From a virus: DNA of 16,995 nucleotides. Below, piece after piece: positions 1-8,490 of the stretch (positions within the stretch are counted from its first letter, which is position 1; each line of letters starts with the position of its first letter). The notes under the pieces were generated by a model. That model was given only the letters and a program-made list of their open reading frames with translations. It was not told the DNA's origin and did no database searches. A program made the position numbers and the translations under genes. The DNA lies in the UHGV virus genome UHGV-1578124; one strand, written 5' to 3'.

Positions 1-50
1 ATCAAATCAACTAATATATAAGCCCATAACCCGAAAGGGAAGGGCAATCC

Positions 51-90
51 CTAAAACGCTCTATAACGCTCTATAACGCTCTATAACGGC
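51..90. repeat. four tandem 10-bp units CTA(A/T)AACG(C/G)(T/C)
   Basis: Read directly: ctaaaacgct ctataacgct ctataacgct ctataacggc, head to tail with 10-bp period. Confidence 0.75.
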
Positions 91-259
91 TTATCAACTC
101 AACTTAAGCAATCATATTAACCCACTCTTAAAAGCCCTTTATAGAGCTTACTATAGCCTTAAAAGAATCTTATAAGGGTATAAGCTTTATCATCTCGTTA
201 GTTATCTTGTGAACTACTAAAAAGGGCTTGATAGTGTCTATTAAGTATGTTATATGGGC

Positions 260-299
260 TATAAAGTTACGTAAAAGGAGTTATAAAGTTACGTAAAAG
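260..299. repeat. 18-bp direct repeat TATAAAGTTACGTAAAAG x2, each with the 8-bp palindrome TTACGTAA
   Basis: Identical copies at 260-277 and 282-299 (22-bp period); TTACGTAA is self-complementary. Confidence 0.75.
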
Positions 300-365
300 C
301 TAGCCCCCTTAACATTTCTTTAACAAAATCTTAACAATCCCTACATAGTTATGCTTATTAGCAAC

Positions 366-415
366 TTGTTAGCACCTTGTTAAATCTCTGTTAAGACTAC
401 GTTACAACCTTGTTA
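366..415. repeat. phased array of five (T/C)TGTTA-type hexamers at 11-bp spacing
   Basis: Hexamers start at 366, 377, 388, 399 (ACGTTA variant) and 410. Confidence 0.6.
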
Positions 416-608
416 GGCTCTTTGAAGTCCCTATATAAGCCCCTGTAAAGGTCTATAAAGAGCTATACAGACAGTTGGGGTATAGATACTGGGAAGAACC
501 TTAGAAGAGGCTACATAGAGCTATACAGGGCTTTTAAGAGGGCTGTTTAGAGAATCACTGAGAAAGGTAGGGAACTATAGACCAAGAGATAGTGACCATG
601 TTAATAGA

Positions 609-818
609 TTGTTAAACATGTTGAGAACTTAATAGACACTTGTTAATAATCTTAACAAAATAACTTTTAAATTTAACATGTTAGGGACTTGTTAGCATCT
701 TGTTATACCCTTGTAAGAACTGTTAAACTCTTGTTACATCCTTGTTAGAACTGTTAAGGGATTGTTAAGAACTATGGAGACTTGTTAGAGACTTGTTAGA
801 GTTGTAAAGAAATTGTTA
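609..818. repeat. helically phased array of at least 14 (T/C)TGTTA(R) hexamers, 9-11 bp apart
   Basis: Starts at 609, 619, 640, then 678, 689, 700, 711, 720, 731, 742, 751, 762, 782, 793, 802, 813 (TTGTTA, CTGTTA or TTGTAA variants). Confidence 0.7.
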
Positions 819-1416
819 ATGATATTTTAAGATTTTGCAAAGGGGATGTTACAGAGCTGTTAAGGGCTACCAAGCAGATATACACCCTTTGTAGATATTT
901 TTCAGATACTCCCAAGAACCTAAAAAGTGACCTACCTAGTCTATTTTATAAAAATTTTATAGAACTGAATAACTATCTATACACTATCTTCTATAAAACA
1001 GGTAATAACAGGCTTATAAGATATCTTGTTAGTAACGTGTTAGACCTTGTAGGATAAGCCTTTACAGGGAATACCTGTTTAGTGCTATATAACAGTCTAT
1101 ATAGAGGCTTAGTTGACCCTAGTGAACCATCTATAGAGGGTATCATCCTTAACATAGAGATTAAGATGGATATAGGGGCTTCTAAGGGGCTATGGAGGAG
1201 CTAGGAAGGTAATTGTATAGGTGTGGAAGAGGGCTTGTTAGAGAGCTTTATAGAGGGCTATTTAGAAGGAGCTATATAGTTTCACTAGATAGGGACTAAG
1301 AGGCTATATAGATACTATATAATACTATATAGAGAGTATGCTTAGATAGGTTGTTGAAGAGGGTATTGATATTTTATCACATGATATGGTGACCCAAGAT
1401 GAACGGAGTGAATCCA

Positions 1417-1453
1417 AATTTTATAAAAATTATAAAGCCCCAATTAAGGGGCT
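1417..1453 (-). terminator. intrinsic terminator for the minus-strand operon ending at 1463
   Basis: Hairpin AGCCCC (1436-1441) / GGGGCT (1448-1453), loop AATTAA; on the minus strand it is followed by a U-rich tract (plus 1417-1435 is A/T-rich). Confidence 0.55.
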
Positions 1454-1462
1454 GTGTAGTCC

Positions 1463-2134
1463 TTAGCAAAGGTTCTCTATAACAGCCTGAATAGCTGGTG
1501 TAGTTGTGTGAAAGAAGTGAGTGTCTCCGTTATGTGATTCTCGTATCTGTAACATGATAGCGTGACCCTTGATAGGGAAGCATTGAATGTGATAACGATT
1601 CCCGTTAAACACTGAACCAAACCCTGTACAGAAACTTTCCAAGTCAGCTTTAGAAAGAAACTCTTCTTTCCCTGTGATTTTTATACAGACACCTCTATTA
1701 ACTCGTGAAGGGTTTATATCTTCTGCAAAGAGCATCTGTTGACCACCTAAAGAGGCCATAGAGATTTCTTTACGGTTCTGCTGCTTAACATACATCTCAA
1801 GCTTCTTCAAAGTCTCTTCATAGAACGGATAAGATTTATTCACAAAGATACCTTCAAGTGGCTCTTTACCTGAGTCTTCTCGTTCCATCTTAAGTCGATT
1901 AACAAGTAATTCTAAAGACCACTTCTCACTTTCATCAAGATATGTATTGATATCATCTAGACTCAGTACCAGATACTTTCTTTCAAGTTCAAACTTTTTC
2001 ATCTCTACCAAATCCTTAAAACATTTCTTAGTAACTGCTTCCCATTCTTCGGAGTTCTTCCGCTTCCTCTTCAGATGGGGAACCATATCTGTTAAGTTCT
2101 TCCAACTCTTCTTCAGTAGGTGTCCCATAATCAC
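1463..2134 (-). CDS. hypothetical protein (223 aa)
   Basis: Long ORF. The annotated start is GTG overlapping the upstream stop; an ATG two codons in (2126-2128) is an alternative. Confidence 0.6.
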   Translation of the reverse strand: MIMGHLLKKSWKNLTDMVPHLKRKRKNSEEWEAVTKKCFKDLVEMKKFELERKYLVLSLDDINTYLDESEKWSLELLVNRLKMEREDSGKEPLEGIFVNKSYPFYEETLKKLEMYVKQQNRKEISMASLGGQQMLFAEDINPSRVNRGVCIKITGKEEFLSKADLESFCTGFGSVFNGNRYHIQCFPIKGHAIMLQIRESHNGDTHFFHTTTPAIQAVIENLC

Positions 2135-2565
2135 ATCTTAAGTTTGAAAGTATTTTTACCATTGACCTGAATATACCCATCATTTTCAACTATCCAGTGT
2201 GCGGTTGAGAATGCACTATATGCGTTTGCTTCACCATAACCAATAAACTTACCATTACACCCACTTTCAATAAGTATTGTACCTACTGGTTCACCTGTAC
2301 CAATGGTTTCTACAATATAGAGTGTGTTTAGCTTTATGGAGCTATCTTCAGTCTCTTCTTTGAATCGTTCAGGTAGAGACATATCAAGCCCTTCAGTTAT
2401 TACAGATTGCATGTAAGCTTCTGAACACTCCCAGATAAAGCTATGAAGAAGAACCTTTGCAGCATGTCTTGAACAACCAAATTCTGCAACGATATCTTTG
2501 TACATATCATCTTTAGTTCCATTGTTTAGTAAAGCTTTACGTACCACATCTTTAACATTCTTCAT
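2131..2565 (-). CDS. hypothetical protein
   Basis: The track ORF 2131-2616 begins with TTG. I place the start at the in-frame ATG (MKNVKDVV...) with an AGGA about 8 nt upstream, which cuts the overlap with the upstream gene to 14 nt. Confidence 0.55.
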   Translation of the reverse strand: MKNVKDVVRKALLNNGTKDDMYKDIVAEFGCSRHAAKVLLHSFIWECSEAYMQSVITEGLDMSLPERFKEETEDSSIKLNTLYIVETIGTGEPVGTILIESGCNGKFIGYGEANAYSAFSTAHWIVENDGYIQVNGKNTFKLKM

Positions 2566-2848
2566 CGTTCCAATCCTCATCTCTCTCGATTTGAAATTCT
2601 TCAGGTAACTCTGCAACTGCTTTCAAGTAATAAGCTTCTTGGATGCTGCAAAGGTCTTCGTAACCACCATTCATAAGCCAGTTATAACCTTGTGGCACAC
2701 CTTTTTCATCACAGAATCCAGTATAGAACATTGCTTTATGAATCATGTTAAGTGGTTTGTAAGCAACTTCCACAATATAGAAGGTATTGTCTTTCCAACC
2801 ACCTTCTGGTGGATGAATACCCTTCACGCCTCTACTTTCTGGTGTCAT
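2552..2848 (-). CDS. hypothetical protein (98 aa)
   Basis: ATG start with GAGGA 7 nt upstream on the minus strand. Confidence 0.6.
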   Translation of the reverse strand: MTPESRGVKGIHPPEGGWKDNTFYIVEVAYKPLNMIHKAMFYTGFCDEKGVPQGYNWLMNGGYEDLCSIQEAYYLKAVAELPEEFQIERDEDWNDEEC

Positions 2849-2889
2849 AAAATTTCCTCAATGAAAGGGGCTGTTACACCCCTTCGAAA

Positions 2890-3072
2890 TTACTCTTTAT
2901 CTTTCTTAGCAGATTTCTTCTTAGCCGTTGCTGCAATAGCAAGGTCTACAAGTTGTGCTAAGTCAGCTTTCAGAACCGTTACAGGTTGTTCGTTGTAGAA
3001 TCCTTTGTCAAGGTATTCTTTGAACTCTTCTAAGGTTTCAAATCCAAAAGGTTTGATAGGTGTTCTAATCAT
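2890..3072 (-). CDS. hypothetical small protein (60 aa), lysine-rich C-terminus
   Basis: ATG preceded by a strong GGAGGA Shine-Dalgarno. Confidence 0.55.
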   Translation of the reverse strand: MIRTPIKPFGFETLEEFKEYLDKGFYNEQPVTVLKADLAQLVDLAIAATAKKKSAKKDKE

Positions 3073-3142
3073 TTATCCTCCGAGATATCTTTTAAGATTT
3101 TCTGGTTAATCATTTCCGCAATAGCATAGCGGATACAAATTA

Positions 3143-3649
3143 CTAAAATTTTAGGTTGCATTCTTTACTTACCTCTCCAAACTTACTCTCAAACTCTACA
3201 ATCTTCTTCTTGTGAGTTATCATTCTCCAACATGAGAGGATGATACCAATTACAGGGATAACATACAAGAACCAAATCTCATAAATTTTCTTCTCAGCTT
3301 GGTTAAACGTTAAATCCTGCATGTACATGCCACTGAAGGATATTACACAAATCATGGCAAGGAATACAGATAACATAATTGCTATTCCTGCCCAACCTCT
3401 AGTATTATGTTCAGCATTTCTACGCTTATTTTCCAGATTGATAAGTTCGTTATAGTCGGCTGAGAAATCTCTGTAGAAAGCTTTCAGATACTCCCTGCTG
3501 TAACCTTCAAAGCATCCTGTACCAAACCAATTTTCACCACCGAAGTGTGAAATAGTTCCTTCGTCACCGTTTGCTTTCACAATCTTGAAAGATACATGGT
3601 GTCTTGACTTCTCATAAGAAATCTGGTCTCTTGAATCTTCATAACTCAT
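3143..3649 (-). CDS. predicted membrane protein (168 aa)
   Basis: ATG with AAGAGGA 7 nt upstream; two hydrophobic stretches (GWAGIAIMLSVFLAMICVISF and IWFLYVIPVIGIILSCW) look like transmembrane helices. Confidence 0.6.
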   Translation of the reverse strand: MSYEDSRDQISYEKSRHHVSFKIVKANGDEGTISHFGGENWFGTGCFEGYSREYLKAFYRDFSADYNELINLENKRRNAEHNTRGWAGIAIMLSVFLAMICVISFSGMYMQDLTFNQAEKKIYEIWFLYVIPVIGIILSCWRMITHKKKIVEFESKFGEVSKECNLKF

Positions 3650-3864
3650 TGTTTAGTCCTCTTTAATCGTGCATTCCACTCTCTGTCAATCATTCTCTGG
3701 AATGTCTTACCTCTTGGAGTAACGTTCTTAAGTGATTCTTCAGTACATACTAAGATATCACCTCTGGCAGACTTACCATAGCACTGTTTAATCTTCTTGG
3801 CTCGTCTGTACTGCTCAGAAATAGATAGCGTCCAGTATTCGCCTAGAGTTGTAAACTTTTTCAT
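3646..3864 (-). CDS. hypothetical protein (72 aa)
   Basis: ATGA start/stop overlap with both neighbours, consistent with translational coupling. Confidence 0.5.
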   Translation of the reverse strand: MKKFTTLGEYWTLSISEQYRRAKKIKQCYGKSARGDILVCTEESLKNVTPRGKTFQRMIDREWNARLKRTKQ

Positions 3865-4610
3865 TCTGTCACCATTGCGTTGTAGAATTGCCTTTGAATC
3901 TCTTCAGCAATCTGATAAGGTGTGAAACCAGCTTTTAACATCATCCTCACTGTGTACTCAATGTCATTCTTATTAACCACATGGTCTGTGACACTGATTG
4001 CTTCTTTTAACTCTTCCACATTCTTTTTAGCATCTTCACAAGCGCTGGTCAACATGGAGTTAAATTTCTTTTGTGGTGTAGTCCAAACATGGCTATGTGG
4101 ATTTGCATCACAGAAATACTTGAAGTAATCTCTGACATTATCTACAACCAGAGTTTGATGACCGACTTCTTTAGTTGTGTATCGAGACTCTTGCTCAGGT
4201 AAATCTGCAAGTCTGTGTGTAGGAGCCTCAATAGTAACATCAATCGCTCTAACCTTTGGAGTTACCTCTTTCTTCAGAGTCGGAGTTGCCTCAAAAGTTG
4301 CCTTTTCAGACTCTTCATAATCTTCATCTTTAACAATTCCAGTATCTACCAAAGCAATACCAAGGAGGTCTCTAAAGCTTCCTGTGAATACCAGATTTTC
4401 TATATCAGCAGTTGAATAAACTTTACCAGCCCACAAATGTCCTTCTGCAAGGTTTTGAGAATCTGGGTACAGCTTGAAGTGTATATTTTTCAAAGGTCTG
4501 AAGTACACCACACCACTATCAGAGACATGCGTGACCGTAGCTGCAACTCTACGCAATGGGTTTTCCTTGACATATATAAAAATTGTGTCTGATTCTTTAA
4601 CTTTGTTCAT
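3861..4610 (-). CDS. hypothetical protein (249 aa)
   Basis: ATG with GGAGA 6 nt upstream; first gene after the 4625-4654 terminator. Confidence 0.65.
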   Translation of the reverse strand: MNKVKESDTIFIYVKENPLRRVAATVTHVSDSGVVYFRPLKNIHFKLYPDSQNLAEGHLWAGKVYSTADIENLVFTGSFRDLLGIALVDTGIVKDEDYEESEKATFEATPTLKKEVTPKVRAIDVTIEAPTHRLADLPEQESRYTTKEVGHQTLVVDNVRDYFKYFCDANPHSHVWTTPQKKFNSMLTSACEDAKKNVEELKEAISVTDHVVNKNDIEYTVRMMLKAGFTPYQIAEEIQRQFYNAMVTE

Positions 4611-4624
4611 TTTATCTCTCCAAT

Positions 4625-4654
4625 AAAAAAGGGAACCACCTTTCGATAGCTCCC
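4625..4654 (-). terminator. intrinsic terminator (minus strand)
   Basis: Minus-strand hairpin GGGAGC...GGTTCCC followed by U6 (plus A-run 4625-4630), just downstream of the gene ending at 4681. Confidence 0.6.
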
Positions 4655-4680
4655 ATCATACAAAATTCTATATATTACTG

Positions 4681-5274
4681 TCAAGCATATCTTTTAGGCA
4701 GTAGTGTACTTTTTCTGCTTCGAACATCTTCAAGGATAGATATAAAGTCATCAGAAGCACCCTTCCAAGGGCTGAAGTTTGGGATGTGTTGACGAATAGC
4801 TTCAATAATCGTCTTCATACCTGTGTTCTTCATCCACCAATCTGAACTTGAGGCAGTCATAACAAAGAACTGCTCATCATCTGTTAAGATGACCTCTTTA
4901 GTGAATGGAGAAGTGTACGTAGTGATAATAGAACCACCATTCATATAATATGTACGCTTGTGAACTTTATCAAGCATATCATGCAGGTCACCAAACAGTT
5001 TCACAACCTCTTGGTGGTTAATGTCTTTCTCAAGGTCTAAACGGTACTTCAGAAGTGCTTCATCAACTTCTTTAGATGAGAACTTAAAGTACTGCACATC
5101 TTCAATGATACATGCAGAGATGTTGTTCACATCCATAGTCAATTTGGCAATTTTTGCTGGTGAGTTAATGTTTGGCTGGAACGCAGCAAGCACACCCTGA
5201 ACATTGCCGTAGTGTTGAACTAATGCAACTTGTGGAGAGTCAACTCCACCATTTTCTTTAATGTTTACACTCAT
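4681..5274 (-). CDS. hypothetical protein (197 aa)
   Basis: ATG with GAGGAA 8 nt upstream. Confidence 0.65.
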   Translation of the reverse strand: MSVNIKENGGVDSPQVALVQHYGNVQGVLAAFQPNINSPAKIAKLTMDVNNISACIIEDVQYFKFSSKEVDEALLKYRLDLEKDINHQEVVKLFGDLHDMLDKVHKRTYYMNGGSIITTYTSPFTKEVILTDDEQFFVMTASSSDWWMKNTGMKTIIEAIRQHIPNFSPWKGASDDFISILEDVRSRKSTLLPKRYA

Positions 5275-5275
5275 A

Positions 5276-5620
5276 CTATAGCTTCCTCACTAAATACTTT
5301 TTAAGTGGTGTCTTCGGTTTTTCAAAGACCTCAATAGAATTTATTTTAATACCCTCACCACGCATACCTGTGGATTGGTAGATATAGAACTCAAGCATCC
5401 CTATACTCTTAGCTGGCATATCATGCTTAACAAAAATGGTCACTGATTCTTTACTTTTCAGTATTACTGTACCATCTTTATACACAAGCTTATCAGGTTG
5501 TTTATAGTCAAGCATGTCGAACATCAGAAATAATCTTTGCTGACACATATCAAGTCTTGATGATAGGGATTCTTGTATATCTGCGAAATTCTTATAAACA
5601 ACTATGTGGAGCTTAAGCAT
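5276..5620 (-). CDS. hypothetical protein
   Basis: ORF 5276-5626; the second ATG (M3) has better Shine-Dalgarno spacing (AGAGA, 8 nt) than the first. Confidence 0.55.
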   Translation of the reverse strand: MLKLHIVVYKNFADIQESLSSRLDMCQQRLFLMFDMLDYKQPDKLVYKDGTVILKSKESVTIFVKHDMPAKSIGMLEFYIYQSTGMRGEGIKINSIEVFEKPKTPLKKYLVRKL

Positions 5621-5906
5621 CTGCATATTCTCTGACGAAGAAGTAGTTGATTTTGTTATCAGATATCAGAAGGTCATAGCAAGTAATCTCAAACTTACTC
5701 TTTTCAGCATCATAGCTTGTATATGGCTCAGAAACTTGCTTTATTGATACCTTCGGGTTATTAGGGTTTAAAAGGCCACCATAAAGTTTCTTAATGGCCT
5801 TTGTTACTACACCCCAGATAACATCATCAGTCAGTTCTTCGTACAGGTCAAAATCAGCTTCATAGCTGAAGTCATTAATTGGAAAGATAACCTGTACTCT
5901 ACTCAT
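5613..5906 (-). CDS. hypothetical protein (97 aa)
   Basis: ATG start; tightly packed in the operon. Confidence 0.55.
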   Translation of the reverse strand: MSRVQVIFPINDFSYEADFDLYEELTDDVIWGVVTKAIKKLYGGLLNPNNPKVSIKQVSEPYTSYDAEKSKFEITCYDLLISDNKINYFFVREYADA

Positions 5907-5907
5907 A

Positions 5908-6288
5908 TCAGATTACCTGTGTCACTTGCAGCGCTTCTGTTATAGAAATATCACCAACTTTCTCTTCTTTGATAAAGGTGAAGGTTAGTAAGGTATCTTG
6001 CAGTTCTTCTTCAAGTGGTACTCCGTTCAGTTCATCATAGATGGATTGGGTAGTCCAGCCTTCCTGACCATCTGGGTAGTAAATGGCATATTTCGGGAAG
6101 TCAATACCACACCAACCAAAGACAGGACAACCATCTTCATCGTTATATCGGTGATGTAGGACACTACCACTTTTCACAAAACGAAGTCGCAACTCACCGT
6201 TATGTTGGTACACAACTGCATTTGCTTCTTGCTCACCCATGTTTCCATGAGCAGAAACGTCAACAATTACTGGAATCTCTTTATTCAT
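5908..6288 (-). CDS. hypothetical protein (127 aa from the internal ATG)
   Basis: The track ORF extends to 6387, but ATG at 6286-6288 (MNKEIPV...) has AGAGG 6 nt upstream and makes an ATGAATAA overlap with the upstream stop. Confidence 0.6.
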   Translation of the reverse strand: MNKEIPVIVDVSAHGNMGEQEANAVVYQHNGELRLRFVKSGSVLHHRYNDEDGCPVFGWCGIDFPKYAIYYPDGQEGWTTQSIYDELNGVPLEEELQDTLLTFTFIKEEKVGDISITEALQVTQVI

Positions 6289-6679
6289 AATAACCTCTCT
6301 CAGCTTTCTCAATCTTATCCAGAAGTTTATTGCACTGGTCGTTGTGGTAAATAGCCTCACGATTGTGCATCGCTTTCTGTTTCTCAAGTAGAGTTTTATA
6401 GTAACCTGATAACTGTTCTCTTGTCAAGGGGTGTTCTGAAATAATATCTAAAGAACTTTCACCGAGAGAGCAGAAAAGGCCATCATCGTTCACGTCATAA
6501 AGTTCGTTTGTGTAGAACCCTTTGTTAGCCATTGTGATAGGTGAACGCTCAATGACCTCAACAATAAACTTGGTGACAACCTTACCTCCGTAAGTGATAA
6601 GTTTGCTTCCATAGACTCTGACCTTCATACCGCTTCTTGTGTACTTAAAAGTACCAACATCATCAGCCCAAAGTTTCAT
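6281..6679 (-). CDS. hypothetical protein (132 aa)
   Basis: ATG with AGGAGA 6 nt upstream. Confidence 0.65.
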   Translation of the reverse strand: MKLWADDVGTFKYTRSGMKVRVYGSKLITYGGKVVTKFIVEVIERSPITMANKGFYTNELYDVNDDGLFCSLGESSLDIISEHPLTREQLSGYYKTLLEKQKAMHNREAIYHNDQCNKLLDKIEKAERGYYE

Positions 6680-6696
6680 AGTTTTCTCCTTAGAAA

Positions 6697-6720
6697 ATAA
6701 AAAAGGCTCCCGAAGGAGCC
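6697..6720 (-). terminator. intrinsic terminator (minus strand)
   Basis: Hairpin GGCTCC-CGAA-GGAGCC; on the minus strand it is followed by a U-run (plus A-run 6697-6704), downstream of the lysozyme gene. Confidence 0.65.
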
Positions 6721-6730
6721 TATGAATATA

Positions 6731-7195
6731 TTACTTTGGATATACCGCGTCAAGATAAATCTTCGCTTCCATTCTACGTCTGTTTGTCAGACCTTTAGAA
6801 GCAACTTTCTGACCGTTGATGGTTACCTTATTCCACCACTGCATAGCTTCTGCACAGCCAACTTTGTTACCAGCATTGTGACGCTTCATGAAGGTTGATT
6901 CCTTCATAGCCCCAATACCGATGTTGTAGGTTTCAATAACCAGTGCGTCAAATTCATTCTGGGTAGTTGGAGCATTGATAGCTTTGTTCACAGCTACTAC
7001 AAACTTCTCAACATCAGCAAGTAGATAACTGTTAGCTTGGGCTTCAGTGATTTTCATACCCATCTTGACAGGTTGACCATTGATACGGATTGTACCATAA
7101 CCAATTGTAGGAATACCAGCAGAGTCTTTGTAGGCTTCTAAACGAAGCCCCTCAAAGAACTTGATAGCTTCCAATCCTTGAGGGGATAATTGCAT
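6731..7195 (-). CDS. endolysin, GH24 (T4/P22-type) lysozyme
   Basis: 154 aa; N-terminal FEGLRLEAYKDSAGIPTIGYGT block carries the E...D...T catalytic pattern and resembles P22 gp19-type lysozymes from memory; GGAGG 6 nt upstream of ATG. Confidence 0.85.
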   Translation of the reverse strand: MQLSPQGLEAIKFFEGLRLEAYKDSAGIPTIGYGTIRINGQPVKMGMKITEAQANSYLLADVEKFVVAVNKAINAPTTQNEFDALVIETYNIGIGAMKESTFMKRHNAGNKVGCAEAMQWWNKVTINGQKVASKGLTNRRRMEAKIYLDAVYPK

Positions 7196-7197
7196 TT

Positions 7198-8082
7198 TTA
7201 ACCTCCTACTGCGTTAACCACTACAGTAGCTGGGTTTGAAGTAACACTTCCACCTGCTCCAGTAACTACACATACATAGCTTCCTGCATCACCAGCAGTC
7301 GTAGTATTCTCTTTGGTGTAGGTTGCTGCTGTAGCACCAGAGATTTCTACATTATCTTTCTTCCACTGGTAACCTGTAGCTCCGGTTGCAACAATATCAA
7401 GAGTCAGTGTGTCACCTTCAGTGATTTCTTGGTTTGCTGGCTGTTTAGTGATTACTGGAAGTGCATTCACAGTAACTGTTGCAGCATCTGAAGTGACAGT
7501 TGCACCACCAGCACCAGTAACTACACAGGTGTAAGACCCAGCATCAGCAGGGGTTACGTTTGTTTTAGTGTATGTTGCAGAAGTTGCACCAGAGATGTTA
7601 GAAGCACCCTTCTTCCACTGGTAACCAGTTGCATTTGTAGCAACAACTGTCAAGGTTAGAGTACCACCCTCATTAACAGTTTGGTTAGTTGGCTGCGTAG
7701 TGATAGCTGGTGGCACAACTGCATCAATCAGTTTAGCATTCAGCATTGAGAAAGGTTTAACTCTTGCCAGCCATTCACAATAAACTGTATCAACGTCTTT
7801 ACCATTGATAATTGCATATTGTAAGTCCATGAAGAAGTCAGAAGTTCTCATTTGAGCACCTACAGAGTATAGGAGTTCTTCAGAGAATGGAACTGTGTAG
7901 CTTGGGGTGTAGTTGAAATCGGTAACCTCAGCAATGTCTGACTCAGGCCACGGAGAGCTATATGTCAGTGGTAGCACAGCTTCTTGATACGTTCTGAAGT
8001 CGTATCTCTTACCAGCTTTAACATTCGCAATAAAAACTTTTACGAACTCTTTAAAATCTGGATATGTTTTTGCTTTAATCAT
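7198..8082 (-). CDS. protein with ~120-aa N-terminal domain plus two tandem Ig-like domains
   Basis: Two ~90-aa repeats (TLTLTVVATNATGYQWKK...AGSYTCVVTGAGG and TLTLDIVATGATGYQWKK...AGSYVCVVTGAGG) typical of phage Ig-like domains; N-terminal domain is paralogous to 8079-8447. Confidence 0.7.
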   Translation of the reverse strand: MIKAKTYPDFKEFVKVFIANVKAGKRYDFRTYQEAVLPLTYSSPWPESDIAEVTDFNYTPSYTVPFSEELLYSVGAQMRTSDFFMDLQYAIINGKDVDTVYCEWLARVKPFSMLNAKLIDAVVPPAITTQPTNQTVNEGGTLTLTVVATNATGYQWKKGASNISGATSATYTKTNVTPADAGSYTCVVTGAGGATVTSDAATVTVNALPVITKQPANQEITEGDTLTLDIVATGATGYQWKKDNVEISGATAATYTKENTTTAGDAGSYVCVVTGAGGSVTSNPATVVVNAVGG

Positions 8083-8447
8083 TTATTAGCCTCTAATCTT
8101 GCGTTTAGTCTGAAATAACCTTTGTGTTGAGGTGATACATCACCAACTACAACACCTTCAATCTTATAACCCTTTCCCATTACATACTGAATGTCCATTA
8201 AGAACGTCCCTAGACCAACAATATGAAACATCGGATAAAGTAACTCTTCAGAATCTGGTAGGTCAGTTTTTGGGATGTATTTAACGGTAGCTGTAGTTGG
8301 GTTGATATCCTTCTCAGGCCATTTACTATCACGCCATGTTAAGGGTGTCGGAAGTACATCATCAAGATTATACCTTTCACCTTCTTGAACACTTTGGACA
8401 TAAGATTGTAGGAAGCAATAAAAGTCTTTTCTACTCTTTGCCTTCAT
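8079..8447 (-). CDS. hypothetical protein, paralog of the N-terminal domain of 7198-8082
   Basis: Shared blocks (M-KAK...DF, SEELLY, F-MD-QY); ATGA overlap with the downstream gene; AAGGA 7 nt upstream. Confidence 0.65.
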   Translation of the reverse strand: MKAKSRKDFYCFLQSYVQSVQEGERYNLDDVLPTPLTWRDSKWPEKDINPTTATVKYIPKTDLPDSEELLYPMFHIVGLGTFLMDIQYVMGKGYKIEGVVVGDVSPQHKGYFRLNARLEANK

Positions 8448-8463
8448 TATCTTTCCTTAACAA

Positions 8464-8484
8464 ATAAAAAGGGGCTTTCGCCCC
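8464..8484 (-). terminator. intrinsic terminator (minus strand)
   Basis: Hairpin GGGGC-TTTC-GCCCC; U-run on the minus strand (plus A-run 8466-8470). Confidence 0.6.
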
Positions 8485-8490
8485 AAAAAC

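Noticed and set aside
1947-4415. Short plus-strand ORFs (1947-2141, 2639-2998, 3922-4128, 4215-4415)
   Set aside because: Each lies wholly inside a longer, RBS-supported minus-strand gene; low-complexity translations; no start context.
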